Assembly: GCF_009834535.1 (NCBI RefSeq)
Contig: NC_045707.1
Coordinates: 62,436,001-62,500,000, forward strand
DNA from: Camelus ferus
Taxonomy: Eukaryota
Length of the DNA: 64,000 nt
Direction: 5' to 3'
The notes beneath the pieces were generated by a model. It ran no database searches. It saw only the letters and a list, made by a program, of their open reading frames with translations, and was not told the DNA's origin. Position 1 is the first letter of the stretch. Each line of letters starts with the position of its first letter. Below are positions 13,754 through 27,220 of the stretch, piece by piece. Position numbers and translations under genes: made by a program.

Positions 13754-13908
13754 GAGTAACATGTATGAAGGTCCTAGGGTGGAAAGGAGGTTGACTAGTG
13801 TAACTGGAATATGGTGAAAACTGGTATATTGATTATGAAAATGGCAAGGCAGTCTGGGGCAAGCTCGTGCAGTACTTGGTAGGACCTGAAAAGATCTTAA
13901 AGTATTTA

Positions 13909-14136
13909 CAGTTGTCCATCCTTTGGTGTCTGTGAGGGATTGGTTCAGGGACTGATGGCGTGCATCAAAACCAGGGATGCTGAAGCCCCATAGTCAGCTC
14001 CCCTATCACAGATTCCACATCTGCAGATTCAACCAACCACAGATCTTGTAGTAAACACTATAGGTATTTATTGAAAAAGATCTGCATATATGTGGACCCA
14101 CCCAGTTCAAAACCCATGTTATTCAAGAGTCAAATG
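13909..14136 (+). mobile_element. MER8-like TcMar-Tigger DNA transposon
   Basis: CAGTTG...CAAATG termini flanked by TA; internal 'gggattggttc' and 'gtggacccacccagttcaaaacccatgttattcaagagtcaa' match MER8. Confidence 0.85.
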
Positions 14137-15888
14137 TAAATCTTATGGAAAATAGTAATTAGGGAAAAGTCATCATCAGAACTAAATTTGAAGATGACTC
14201 TGACTCCATTTGGGGAATATATTGAAGGAGGGCAAGGCATGGATGCTGTAAGACCAACTATGGGAGAGGAATCATGTGCATTTAGGATAATCAGCAAGGA
14301 TATGAGGTAGTCCTATACTGAAAGAAGCAATTTAAAGTTCAACCATTCAGGAATGGCTGAATCAGTCTTGCTATATCAAATTTTAACATTTTTGTACACT
14401 CTTAAAGTGATTTTTAGTAGTATTTTGGAAAAAAAATTGAATAGTAGAAAAGTTTTTACAAAGCCATGCTAAACAGGAGAGAGAATATTTAAAACAATGT
14501 TTCTAAGTTTTTAAACACCTTTATACACGTTTGAATGCTAAGGTGTGTAGGCACATATAAAATGTTAAGTACCTATGAATACTTATACACTTCAAAAGAA
14601 AATGCAGTAACACGTTAATGTGATATATTGAATATTTGATGTTAATTTAAAATATGAAAAAGTATTTAAAATATAGTCATTGTTATTCTTAGAGGGACTA
14701 ACTATAAGAAATTATTTAATCTGCTTTTTGTACATGTCCAAATGTTTTGTAATATATGATTTCTTTAAATTTATAAATTTTTATAGTTTATGCATTATAC
14801 TTACAAGCAGAAAAATGATATAAATTTAGTATGTAAAGTTAGAACCTTTAGATTGAAAGATAGAATACTCTATTCAGTTATCATGCATGTTATAACTAAT
14901 AATGTCTTACATTACTAGGTATTATACATATTGTATATCTATCTTGATTATATGGTTTGGTGAGACCAATGAAGTTGAGAAATGGAGCAAAAAAACAGTA
15001 ATTCAGGACAAGAATTTTTTAATTATGACTTTTACATTTTCTACTGATTACATTAGTACAATCCTGAAGCTAAGAATATCTCACAAAAGTAAAAATGGAA
15101 CAAAGAAAAATTCATTACATCTTTTAGAAACTTGGCAGAAAATGTATATAAATGTTACATATAAATGTGGTGAATAAAGCTCACGGTTTGAAATAAAAAG
15201 AACTAGTTAATTCTAAATGTTCTACTAGATAGTCACTGGGAATTTTACTAGGTTCACTAAGTCTCATTTTCATTATCAGAAAATACATGAAAAAACAAGC
15301 CCCACTCTACCTACTGCATGTGGGTGTTGTGAGGAAGATGTAAAATGTGTAAGTCACTTGAAAATTATGTGTTATGCAAATCTAAAAATCCTTGTTTTGA
15401 CAATGAAATTAATGATCACGGAGACAAAGAAAATAATAAACAGATTGTATTGAAATCTTGAAACAAATAATTAAGCAGCGTATAAGGAAAGCCAAACACT
15501 AAATAAACTAACTCTCTTTTCTTTGGAGTTAACTGGTATCTCATACACGTGTAGGCCTAATAATCACTAACAAATTAGTTAACTTTCTCCCTAATGGCTT
15601 GAAAACACAGGCCATTTGATCAAGGACTTCATCAGAAGATTTTACGTTATTTTTATTGTAGCACAGTATATTATCAACTCAACATAAATAGCCCAGAAAT
15701 AAACTAGATCTACTCAGTTCAAATCTAAATCATACTCATATTTATTAATAATTAATGTACCTCACTTAATTAATAATATGCTAAGTATATGCAAATATAA
15801 TGTGTTCACTTGGGATAATTATAGTAGATATAACAGATATAAAAGATGAAAAGAATGGTTTAAAAAATTTATAATAATGAAAAGGTAG

Positions 15889-16613
15889 TTACATAACATC
15901 TCCGAGTCTCTTGGTAGAGCAAAATTGAATAATTAGCTTCATGCATTTTCTGCTATCAGTGATAATCATGTGTGGCTCTAAATTGGTCTCTTCAAGTCTC
16001 TCATAAATGTTCTGCTAGACTTTTAAAATATGTGGGTAGGGGGAGGGTATAGCTCAAGGGATAGAGTGCATTCTTAGCATGCACAAGGTCTTGGGTCTAA
16101 TCCCCATTATCTCCTCAGTCAATCAATCAATCAAAATACCTTCCCCCAACTAAGAAAATAAAATAAAATGAAATGAAATGAAATGAAATGAAATGAAATG
16201 AAATGAAAAAAATATGTGTGTGAACTCTTCGATTTCTCTTTCTACTGAGCAAGTGTGATCACGAATGTCAGGAAGCCCTCTTTGCAAACTCACATGGGAA
16301 CAGATCAGTTGCGCGGAAGAAACTGTCCAGCCTTTGCATGTGGTGCTGCCTTCTCTTGCACTTGATCTTAGTTTCTTGGTTAACCTTTTTTGGGCCCAGC
16401 CTAACTCAAAAATCCTTCAGAGGCTCTGAAATGACTTTGGCAGGGGGCCATTTATTCTCTGCATCCTATTTCAGACTTAATAGCTCTAATACTTTGGAGG
16501 GGCCTAAAGTAGTTTCTTTAATTTGTTCATGGTCAATCAGGCACAAATCTATACATGGCTCATTTTCTGCATAATGAACAGCATCAGATTAAGATATCTA
16601 AATGCCTTAAGGA
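15889..16613 (-). pseudogene. Putative last pseudo-exon, interrupted by a SINE
   Basis: Acceptor ttttttcag; phase-2 start matches the previous exon; reads P*GI*IS*SDAVHYAENEPCIDLCLIDHEQIKETTLGPSKVLELLSLK*DAENKWPPAKVISEPLKDF*VRLGPKKVNQETKIKCKRRQHHMQRLDSFFRATDLFPCEF...; the frame continues past the SINE to TAA at 15889-15891; minus-strand AATAAA at 15741-15746. Confidence 0.5.
16039..16208 (+). mobile_element. tRNA-derived SINE of camelid type with (AAATG)n tail
   Basis: 'GGGGGAGGGTATAGCTCAAGGGATAGAGTGCATTCTTAGCATGCACAAGGTCTTGGGTCTAATCCCC' head with A/B-box remnants, A-rich tail, ~14-bp TSD aaaatatgtgggta (16025-16038) / aaaatatgtgtgtg (16209-16222). Confidence 0.9.
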
Positions 16614-17949
16614 CTGAAAAAATATAGATCCTTTTTTTGTGTGTGGTATTAGAAAATAAACATTAACCTCCAAAGTGAATTTGAAGAAATACTGTATCAT
16701 ATCTGCTGTACATGACTTAGCATGCCTTGAAATATCAACTATCAAATTCTTTAAAATATTTTCTAATTTTATGCTAATTCTTAACTGGCACACAAGAAAA
16801 TGTTTATTACAACAAACAGGTAAAACCCCATGGGTTATATTAGCCTCATTATATTTGTATCTCTATTAATTCCATCATGAATTTCTCTCCCATCAACCTA
16901 TGCATTCAAGTAAGGTATCCTTATGCTGTGACAATAAGTAATTTTTTAAAAAATTTGAACAGAATATGGAGAATCTATTTGTAGTAAGTGAATACTTTTA
17001 TCTTATACAAACAAATCTTTTAAGATAGGCATTGTATTGATTAATATGAAACATCTTTGTCAAAATATTTTATTTTGTCCTTTTTGCACAGTGCAAATCA
17101 TTCAATCATTCTCTTCGTGTTACATCTTAGCTAATTAGCTATGTGTACCTGGTTGAAACATGCTTTTTATCTTCCTTTTCTGTGTGCTACCTTGCATAGG
17201 ATTCATCTGAAACTTCTCAATACCATGGAATTATTACATAGCTAGTGAGTTGAGTCAGTTAAATAGGTACTGAGAAATATGTGTTATCGCTTTCAGTCTG
17301 TTTACAACTAAAGAAAAAGGGCAAACAATTGTCTGCAAAAAACAAACAATTGTCCTATGACTTATAAATTAAGAATAAATTCAGATAGAATAAAAACTTA
17401 TATTCTCCTAAATTATCTATTAGTTATCCAGCAACCATATCGTATTTTAAAATCAAACTAAGTGTATCATTTGGAAGCCATACTATCAGAATGTTCATAA
17501 TGAATATGTAGATAATAACATCTTGTTTTTGAAAAAAATGGGAAAATTACAGCCAACAATTATTTATCTACTTTCAACACTTCATTTTACTGATCTCATA
17601 ATTATAGCTAGTATTTTTTGAGTTCCTATGTGCTGGTCATGATACCGTGTAGTTTACCTGTGTTTATTTTGCTTAATGTTCATAGCAGTTTGATAGCAGT
17701 GTTACTAGGTTAGATTGTTACTCTTATTTTACACATGAAGTGACTGACACCTGTGAAGATAAAATAGTTTGTCCAAGATCACTTGGGTCAGAAGTAGAGT
17801 AGATAGCTGTTTTAGAAGAGCCTTTGTTAAATTCTTCTGAACATACCTGAATCATTCCGAACACTTACACATTATTTCCTGGGAGTTTAAGAGAGGGGTA
17901 TCAAATTGATATGTATACAAACGTTACAGTTCCCAGAGAGATTTACTGA

Positions 17950-18200
17950 TCTCTCCAATGTGGTAGCCACTAACTACACAGTGTCTGTGGAACACTTGAA
18001 ACTGAAATGTGCTTTCAGTGCTTCAAGTGAGTACTTGAAGTTGAGATGTGCTTTAAATGTAAATACACACTGAATTTCAAAGACTTAGTATGGAAAAAGA
18101 ATATATATATATCAGCGATATTTTAAAAATTTAACTACATGTTGAAATAAAAATATTTTTCATATAATGGCTTAAAAATGTATTGGTAAAATTAATTTAG
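17950..18200 (+). mobile_element. MER3/MER33-like hAT-Charlie relic
   Basis: 'ccaatgtggtagccactaactacac...aaatacacactgaatttcaaagacttagtatggaaaaagaat' matches the family. Confidence 0.75.
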
Positions 18201-18610
18201 TTAATATACTGGCTATTTTGTTGTCTGCTTTTTACTATTAGGTTGATTCATATATGTCTCTGCAAATAATTTTGTATTCTTATGTATGTTTTGGTTCATT
18301 TCCAAAATCTTAAATGTTTAAAAAAACAGAAAATATGCCTTCTATTTAATTTTTAAAAATTCATCTGCTGGCTTGAAATACTAAACCTAAGCTGGCACCT
18401 GGCTCTGTGATAAACTGGCTGCGGGTAGCAGTCACTTCCCTTCCTCTTCCTTGTTGTTGGTAATCTCATGATTATATTTTAGTGATCCTCCCTTTTCTAA
18501 ACAACCGTGTGCAACCAATCATAACAACCCCATTTTCCTTAACAACGATCTGTTATAAATGAGCCAATGATGCAGTACCATTCAAAAAGTTTGAGAGCAA
18601 TTCTGGGGAT

Positions 18611-18667
18611 TTCCCTTCCCTTCCCTTCCCATGCCATCCCATGCCATCCCATCCCATCCCATCCCAT
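18611..18667. repeat. Pentanucleotide repeat (TTCCC)4 then (ATGCC/ATCCC)n
   Basis: Directly visible. Confidence 0.95.
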
Positions 18668-21246
18668 AAAAAGAGATTACTGTGGTGGGGGAAGGTATAA
18701 GTCTCCTTCGTTGACTGGCTACTTTTTTTGCGTATGATGCCTGCAGCTGACATATACCCTTCTGCCTCACCATGAAGATAGCTAAGTTGACATGGCAAGA
18801 ATGGAAGGAACCTGGGTTCCTGATGTCATTCGTTGTTTCTTTCTTCTTCATTTATTCATTCATTTTTTTTTTTTTGGTTATTTTCTTTATTCTTTATAAA
18901 TCCATATATTGTCATGTATTTCTAAAATAAAGATAAAAATTGAGCTATTTTAGATAGTAATCTATATTATCTAAAAATTACAGTGTCTTGGTTTACTGTA
19001 AACTGTTATTAAAAAGGTGTAAGATTATCTCATTCACAGATTTTCATTAACTCTAATAGTAAGATATTTTATATTTTATCCTAAACATGCTGCAACTCCT
19101 GACAATGTATAGATTCCAACAGAATCTAATATCATCATGTTTTTATCTGTTTCATTGTGTATTTTCCTAAAAATTATGTATATTATATTTTTTTCGTTAC
19201 TTCTTTCATTCATTTGAAATATTTTTCTTTATTATAGGTGTGCTATTTATATCTATGCTTTTAGTCTACATAAATATTTATACAGAAAAACTACATATAT
19301 CTGAAGGCTTAAAATAAATATATTTTTTCCCTAAACTACAATACAGAATCACATGATTCTAGAGTTGAATGATTATAGGTGATATTTACTCTAAACTCCT
19401 TATCTTACACTAAGTGAATTGTCACAAAGAAGACTGTAGAGCTGGTAGTAGCAATACTGTTAAAAAAACAACTTCTGATATGCCCAGTTTAAATTTTTCC
19501 TTATAAAATAATGACCAAATCTTGCCTGTTCTTCTGTTTTATATTTCCTAGACTATCACAGATTCTAATACATGCACACAACTTATGGTACCCATGACTC
19601 ACATAATCATCAGTCTGTCTTGTTGACATAGGTTATCTCCACAACAGTTGTGATTTTGACCAAGACCCTCCTATCTTTCCACATAGGCAGACATCCCTGC
19701 CTGCGGAGGCTGTGTCCTCAGTCTTGTGTTTACTAGTATAACTCCTGAGTCAGGCTTGGAAGATGGGAACACTTTTTAGGAAAGATGACAGAAATACAGT
19801 AAAAAGGTAGATCCAGAATCCAGCTTTGATTAGAATTAATAAGTGAAACTAAAATGAAATAACTTGACTCCCCAAGAAGTGGCTGTTGACCTTAGAAAAG
19901 CTTATGTTACAGATGGCAATGATACACTCTAATCATTTTCTCTAATCATCTTATACTCAGTGACTGTCTCTAATCATCTTAACTCACCTCTATCCAAGAG
20001 CTGAGTTATTTGTTCCATCCAATCAGTTTTGATGTCTATTCCCAGTCCCCTTAATAATGCCCAGCCTGTGATCATACCTTTGTTTTGCAGGCAAAGAATA
20101 TTAGGGTTTTTATTTCTTGCTTTTCTGTTATTAACAAAAATAACCTTTTACCTTTACAAAGTGAGCTTATTAACAGATGCAGTACACATAACCAATAAGA
20201 CCTGATGTGAATATGGTACTTGAGGAAGAAGGAGGGAGTCTTTTCCATCCTTCTGCTTTTATCAGAATTACTTGCACAGGTTACTGCTTTGGTTTAGGAA
20301 GTCAGGCATTTTCCAACAATCACAGTTTCAGAGTCATTCACTCTAGACAAACCTCAGAGGGACCTTCAGTCTGAAGATATGCCATAAAATCATAAACAAT
20401 CTCCTAATTTGATCTCATTGCCTCTGTTCTTGGCTAACATCTAGTCTGCTCTTATAAAGTTAGATTTCTAAACAATTAAATTTAATACTTTTTTTGTTGT
20501 CTTTAATATATTGCACTTTTTTCATTGATTTCATAATAAAACTGAAAATCATATCATTAAATCCAGGAGCTTTCATAATCTGAACCCTTTTAACAATTCT
20601 AGCATTATTTTTCAATAATTGGCAGTCCTTGAACTCTGTACCTTTGCCAGATTCAATGAATGTTAGCTGTCAGACAGCCCATGGCCTCTCCTTGGGCTGT
20701 TTGTGTATGATGTTTGTAACAATTTCCCATTCCTGGCTCTTCATGGTTATTCCCTTGGTTATTCATTTTTCCAGACTTAAGTGTGACATCAATTCCTTCA
20801 TTAATCCTTCCCTGAAATGATATGATTAGAAAAGCTCTTTCTTTTATTTGTACCAGAAGCACCTTCCACTACCCATATACACTTATCATACTTGTGTTGA
20901 GGGGAGAGTTCATACAATAGCTACTTATTACTTTTTATTATTTTTAGAGAGAGAAATTGACATTTAAATATTTCAAGGATATTCTTATTTCCACTGGCGT
21001 AATCCTCCTGGAAAGAATTATTTGAAGATAGCTTTTAGTTAGGCATATGTGAGGAATATAGACTAGACTGATAAGCCGTTAAGTGAGAAGTTTTGCTCTA
21101 GATCCTCTTCTTAAAAGTCTGCCTGTACGTCAAGAGTAGTTACTAATTTTGATATCACACTTGCATTAGAGCCTCCATTATTCTGGAGCAAGGCTGTAAT
21201 GGGATGCTTCTGGCATGCAAAAAACCTGCTCTCCTTTCTCCCTCAC

Positions 21247-21577
21247 TGTAAGAGAACTTTAAGATTACCAGGATAAGGTGGCCCACTCTTCATGAGGTTC
21301 AATGAATCCACTGGGAGGAAAAGTTTCAAGACTTCTACCACACGACTACACCACTCTTGAGATCCAGTTTCACTAGAACATATCTGGTAGATTGATATGA
21401 TATGGAGAAATGAACCAGAATGGCAAGTACAGGCCCAGGAGCTTCTAAAGGGATATTCACCACAAAAGGGGAAGGAGTCTGGACTGGGATCATAAAAGAC
21501 TGCTAAGAGCCAGTCAAGTATATTGTGAAGAATGTGGTGGAGTGTATCAAAATGTGAACACTCAGAGAATTGTATCA
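21247..21577 (-). pseudogene. Pseudo-exon (phase 1 to 2), fully open
   Basis: Acceptor tcttacttcag, donor GTGAGG; 331 nt; IQFSECSHFDTLHHILHNILDWLLAVFYDPSPDSFPF...WCSRVVEVLKLFLPVDSLNLMKSGPPYPGNLKVLL; coincides with ORF 21243..21578. Confidence 0.7.
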
Positions 21578-21802
21578 CTGAAGTAAGATACCTTGGAATC
21601 TCAGGTCAGTTTGGTTAGAGGGCAAATAGCATCCAGTGGCTCTTACGAGCAACTTCAAACTAAAATTCCCATGTATGAATGCCAGATTATTGTTATTTTT
21701 TTAATTTATGTTAAGTAAGAACAATCAGAATTGATTCTTTAAATGGTTCTTTATTTATTTAAAAATGATTATTTATAAAAATAAAGCATTCAAAAAAATT
21801 AC

Positions 21803-21949
21803 CTAGGTTTTAAGTCTCTAGTTTAGATGACAATGACAGCAGCTGCCCCTTTCTTCTTAGACTGTCCAGAATATCATCTTTGGTTCCAGCAACGTGGTAT
21901 GGGGAAGCAGCTGATGTGCGTCAGCCCTTAATTTCTTGGCTTTATCCAT
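21803..21949 (-). pseudogene. Pseudo-exon (phase 1 to 1)
   Basis: Polypyrimidine tract with AC in place of AG, donor G|GTAATT; G*SQEIKG*RTSAASPYHVAGTKDDILDSLRRKGQLLSLSSKLET*NL; phase joins the 21577 exon. Confidence 0.55.
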
Positions 21950-23079
21950 GTGGAAGACAAAAAAATGCCATTGTAATAAGTGATACCAGCGATCACGGTT
22001 ATATTGGTGTAAAAACCAAGAGAGTTCTGATTTATTTTTTTAACTCAAACCTGTAAACATTGGGTTTAATGAGGAATTTAAAAATATATTGTATATTTAC
22101 TTTTCTATACTTCAGTGAGCAGAGATCATCTTTGTCTTATCAATTGTTACATATTTGATACCTATACAGAGTTTACATCTGAGGAGACACTGAGTAAATA
22201 TCTATGAAAACAATGAAAGAATAGTGTAATATATTTTCTGGAATCTAAAATGACCTTGGATTTTTTTAAGAGAATAACAATTAAATTATAGCTCTGAGTT
22301 TTTAAAAAAAAATCCTAAGTACTACTACATAAAATACATTTATAAATTATAAAACACATATTCTCTTTAGAAAAATAAAAAAATTAAAGATATGTCATTG
22401 ACAATTAAGAAAATATGCTATGTGATTTGATTAAAGTAAAAATTCTGGGTGTGTAGAATAAATGGCACAAAAATGCAAGTCTTGTAACTTCTGCTTCAGA
22501 ACTGAAATATGATCCATCACTTGCAAGTTTTATAAATATTTAAAATCCCATTTATATCATCTCACTTCAATTTATAAACTAGATAAAGAAAAGTGGGACA
22601 CAAGGGCCTATTTTGTAAAGATTGTACACTTCTCTAGGTATATGAGGAAGTGAAAATATGGTCTTTCGTTTAGTAGTTTTTGAATTCCCCAGTTGTTTCA
22701 TTGAATAGACAAATTTGTTATCAAAAGAAATTGATATTTAACTTTTTAAATATAGGAAATAGTTTAAAAATTATACTCAGAAATCTGAACCATGAACTTC
22801 TAAGCTGGAGATGCATATTTTCTCTCCTAATTTGTGGGGCCAAAAGACCCTCTTCTTCACATCTTGCAAAAATTTCACACAGAAATTATTATAGCTCAAG
22901 TGCTGGAGCACCTCCCAGCATCTACCAGTCACTTTATATCTTCTGCCTAGCCTATGATGTGATTTGCTAAGAAAATATCATTGCCTACCATGGAACAAAA
23001 AACCAAGTTAAACAAAGAATGCTTCCAAGAAGTATAGAAAACTAAGTATTAAGAAATGTTGTTTAGATGGGGAAGTGTT

Positions 23080-24690
23080 ATCAGCAAGATGGTGGAATAT
23101 GAATTTTCTACTGTCATTCCCTCACAGAATGTTGGTTTTGGCTACCATCCACAGACAAGACCTTTGTGGGAGCCTGGGGGTTCAGTAGAGAAGTTCCAGC
23201 ACATTGATGGATCAAAAAAATAAATAAATAAAGAGAATAGACACTTTGAAAAGGATAAGAAGAACAGTTTCACTTTACCCATGTCGTCCTTCCTTCATAG
23301 CAGCACAGCTCAGTGTCTAGAGATACCACCTTTGTCTGTGACCTCTCCCATGGTGACAAGTGAAAGAGTGGTGAGTAAGAACTCAGCTTCCCCAGACATG
23401 TGGGATGCTAGCCATGAGGCACTTCTTTCTTGCCTCACCAAGAATCATAAGGCAAATCATGACTAGCATGGCTGTGGATTGGGAGAGGCTAGGAGTTACC
23501 AGGCTTGGAAATCGTCTAAGGGTCATTAATCCTATTAAACAGTTCATATCCTCTGTCAGATAGCCTGACCACAAACTGCTAGGGACACCTTGCCTGTGGA
23601 CCGACCCCTCAACTAGGCTACAGAAACCTTAAATGCTCTGAGTGTCTCACCCACCATCCTACTTCCCACCCGTGGCAGACTCCCATGCACCCTATGGGTA
23701 GTAAGTGTGAGTCTTTTCAGATAATTCATAAACACATGCAGAAAGCCAGCCCACTCTGTGGAACTGGGAGAAGGCACACAGAATTGAGAATTTTAGGGAA
23801 TTACCCTAGCAAAGACAAACAGAAGCCTCTGAATCTAGCCTGGACTTGAGGGATTGAGAGAAAGCACAGAATCCTAAGAATTCTCTCACAAGAGGGAATA
23901 AGAGTTATGGGATAGGTAGGTCCATAGAAAAGGTCTGAGAGCTTGTCAGAATCTCTAGCTGGGCTGACTGGTGAAAGTATTTCTCTCCCAAAGAGAATCA
24001 GTAAAGACTAGATGAGATGATTATTTCTGTAGATGTAAAGACAGCAACATAAGACTTAAAGGAGCATGAAAAAATCAAGGAAACATTACCCCACCAGAAG
24101 AACTAACAATTTTTCAGTAATGGTTCTCAAAGAAATGGAGATCTCCAATTGCCTGACAAATAATTCAAAATCATTGTTTTAAGGAAGCCCAGCAAGCTAC
24201 AAGAGAACACAGATAGAAACTGCAAATAAATCAGGAAACAAGACAAAATAAAAAGCTCAACAGATAGAAATCATAAAAAGAATTGAATCCTGGACCTGAA
24301 GAATAAAATGATTGAAATAAAAATACAGTGGAGGACATCAACAGCAGACTTGATCGAGAAGAAGAAAGAATCTGTGAACACAAACACAGATCATTTGAAA
24401 TTATAAAACCAAAGGAAAATAAAGAAAAAAGAATGCCCATTATAACCACACCTATTCAGCCTACTACTGGAAGTCTAGCCTGGGCAATTAGGCAAGAAAA
24501 AGAAAACACATCCAAAGCAGAAAGGAAGAAGTAAAATCGTCTCTTTGTAGAAGACATGATTTTATATATGAAAATGCTTAAAGACACCACCAAAATATGT
24601 TAGAACTAAGCAATCAATTTAGTAAAATTGAAGGATACAAATTTAACATATAAAAATCTATTGAATTTCTGTACATTATGAACAAAACTG
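23080..24690 (+). mobile_element. L1 5'UTR plus ORF1 fragment fused to an ORF2 fragment
   Basis: 'caagatggtggaat' 5' start; ORF 24328..24534 reads EDINSRLDREEERICEH (ORF1p coiled coil) and then jumps to LAWAIRQEKE (ORF2 RT region). Confidence 0.85.
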
Positions 24691-25057
24691 GCATATACTG
24701 TTAATAATGTCAGTATTTTGCCTTCTTTCCAAAGAATTTTTTGAAACCTAGATATTTCCTGAATTCAATAGAGCCCTCTCTCTCTCAGTCACTCACACAC
24801 ACACACTCACAAACATGTCTCCATTACTTCTGACCGTCAGAATCTACTTAGCCAAATGTAAAGCAATATAGTTATATTCAATGTCAAGGCCACACCCAAA
24901 AGAATGAGGATCTATCTCACATAGTATGTATTTATTAAAAGCTAACTTATATCTCTAGGGAATGCACAGTCAATAAAAGTTATATGAATATGCACTCAAA
25001 GTATTTAAAATATGGTTAGATAAAGAAAGTACATAATGTATTTTATTTCAGTCTTAC

Positions 25058-25280
25058 CTGATGAAAAATGGTACAACCAGCTGTTGATATAATAATGGTC
25101 ATTGGTCTGAACTCTCTCTATCCCTTGAAGGGTATTGGTAAATATGTGAGGTCGCTAGGAGTTGTCATAGTCACAAAGAGGTGGGTACAAATTGGGAGGA
25201 ACAGAGATTCTGTATATCTACTTGATTATGAGACAGTTCTGGACACCGAAATATTAAAGGATCCAAAATGCCAGTAGAGT
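25058..25280 (-). pseudogene. Pseudo-exon (phase 0 to 1)
   Basis: Polypyrimidine tract ending GG instead of AG; strong donor CAG|GTAAGA; TLLAFWIL*YFGVQNCLIIK*IYRISVPPNLYPPLCDYDNS*RPHIFTNTLQGIERVQTNDHYYINSWLYHFSS. Confidence 0.55.
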
Positions 25281-25423
25281 CCAAGAAAGAAATAATATAG
25301 ACTGTATTTTCAATAATTTTATAGCATTTCTTGCCATCTAGAAATGTATAGAAATTATATATAAAATATACATTTTATATATTTACAGAAGTATATTTTC
25401 CTTAACTATAAAATTAAAGAAAC

Positions 25424-25864
25424 TAGCTTGAGAAATTTTATTTCAACGAAAGAAATTTCACAGAATGTGTGCTCTCCTTTTATATTTCAAAGGAAAAGAG
25501 ACAGCAAAGGCTACAGGATGTTAACTGCTCTTCTAGGAAAGACAAAAGGAAGCCAGACGGGGAAAATATCATCTCTATCAAAACTTTTAAAATTGTTTCA
25601 GTGACTTCCATTCACCCTCTTGCATATGATTCTGAATTCTCTCACCACCTTCCTCTACTGCTGGAATGTGTATATTAATGTATTTTTCTTCAGATAGAAA
25701 ATCAGGTAGATGACTTCTTATGAAACTGAGTTTGAGTTTCCAGAATGGGGTTGCTGCATAATGTATGGTCTGTATGGTGTATGATTTGGTCATTGTTTTT
25801 GGTGGAAGAAAGTTAAGCTTACCTGAACACTAAAGTAAAACATGTCATTCTACATGTCTTTCTG
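25424..25864 (-). pseudogene. Pseudo-exon with a frameshift near 25590
   Basis: Acceptor ctcatttgcag; ERHVE*HVLL*CSGKLNFLPPKTMTKSYTIQTIHYAATPFWKLKLSFIRSHLPDFLSEEKYINIHIPAVEEGGERIQNHMQEGEWKSLKQ, then a +1 shift to FKSFDRDDIFPVWLPFVFPRRAVNIL*...; donor uncertain. Confidence 0.55.
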
Positions 25865-25929
25865 CTGCAAATGAGCTTATAGATAGCACTCTGGTTTAGA
25901 GAAATGGCCAGCTACACAGAAGACATTAT

Positions 25930-26560
25930 GCCAGCTACCTAAATTAATACACCTAGGCTTTCATTCATAAATATAACTCGACAACAAAGAATTACTGGAT
26001 ATTTAGGAAAATCAGTACAAATATATATGTTATATATTATATATTTAGAAATAGTATGATTTAGGAAACATAAGCAGACTGTGAAAGAAATTAGGGAGAA
26101 GATATAAACATAAAAAAATTAAGAGAAAAGCAAAGAAAACATTCTAATTAGTAAATTTAGAGGGATATGAGAAGATAATATTTCTGCTAGACAAGGACAA
26201 GCATTTATGAGAAAAGAGAAATTAGAGATCAAAAACACTCATAAAAATTGAAAATACAATGCCCCTGTGATTAAAAAATGAGGCTAGTTCTCAGAATTAA
26301 GATAAAAAGAGATGCAAAGTATAAGAGAAAATTGAGAGGCATATCATACCCCATATTAGAGGACCAACAAAAGATTAATAGACATTCTAGAATAAGAAAA
26401 TAAGGGGGAAAAAAGGCAGAAAAATATAATCAAAGAAATAGTAGAAGATATTTTCCCAAAGTTGAAGCATGTCATGAATCTATCTTCAACTCTGGTTTTT
26501 GGCAGAAGGAAATGACTTTCAAGTAAACTAAATTAAAATAAAAAATATGTATAATCTAAA
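25930..26560 (+). mobile_element. Very old L1 ORF1-region fragment
   Basis: A-rich; 'aaatataatcaaagaaatagtagaagatattttcccaaagttgaag' resembles L1 ORF1 (IIKEIxEENFPxL). Confidence 0.55.
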
Positions 26561-26926
26561 GAAAGAGAATCTAAGAAATCTATGGAATCAAAGAAAGATT
26601 TCACAGTCCCCCCTCCCCCCAAAAAGAAACCAGTCTTACATTATACTAAAATGAAAATAAATGTCAGGCCGAGAGGGGAGAAGATGTTAGAAAATTCAAT
26701 AAATTGTATAATCAAAAACTGAAAATTCTTAGTGATATGATAACTGTAGTATAAGTTTCATCTGCCAAAATGAAAGTAAAATTTAGTTAGATAACCCAGA
26801 AAAAAAAACCTGAAAAATAATGCATTATTTGGAAACGAAGTAAATTAAGACATGAAATAGTTCTTACAATTTAAGTAAGCCCCTAAAGGAAGTATGGCTT
26901 ATGGCTTTTTTTTCTCTGATGGATAC

Positions 26927-27220
26927 CTGTTACATGGTGACCACTTGATAAACAGCTGTTAGAGCACTTAATTAATTGATTAAATGTAAAGAAAGAAAAT
27001 TCATTTGACATTTGTGCAAGTAGTGTATTGTCAAAATATGAAGTATAGATGAAAGCACATATTTTATTGAAGAGGCTTTCTACTATTCTGGATGGAATTA
27101 CTAATTTAGCAGTGAATCATGTTTGCGTTGTCGAAGAATCATAAATAATGTATATTCCTGGGCTTCCAGTTTTTACACGAGGATCTATACAATCCATAGA
27201 TAAGTCTTCCAACATTTTAT
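26927..27220 (-). pseudogene. Pseudo-exon (phase 1 to 1), 97 codons with one TGA
   Basis: Acceptor ctataattcag, donor CAG|GTATCC; KMLEDLSMDCIDPRVKTGSPGIYIIYDSSTTQT*FTAKLVIPSRIVESLFNKICAFIYTSYFDNTLLAQMSNEFSFFTFNQLIKCSNSCLSSGHHVT; not in the supplied ORF track. Confidence 0.7.

Noticed and set aside
16039..16112. tRNA gene
   Set aside because: Degenerate B box, A-rich tail and TSD identify it as a SINE.
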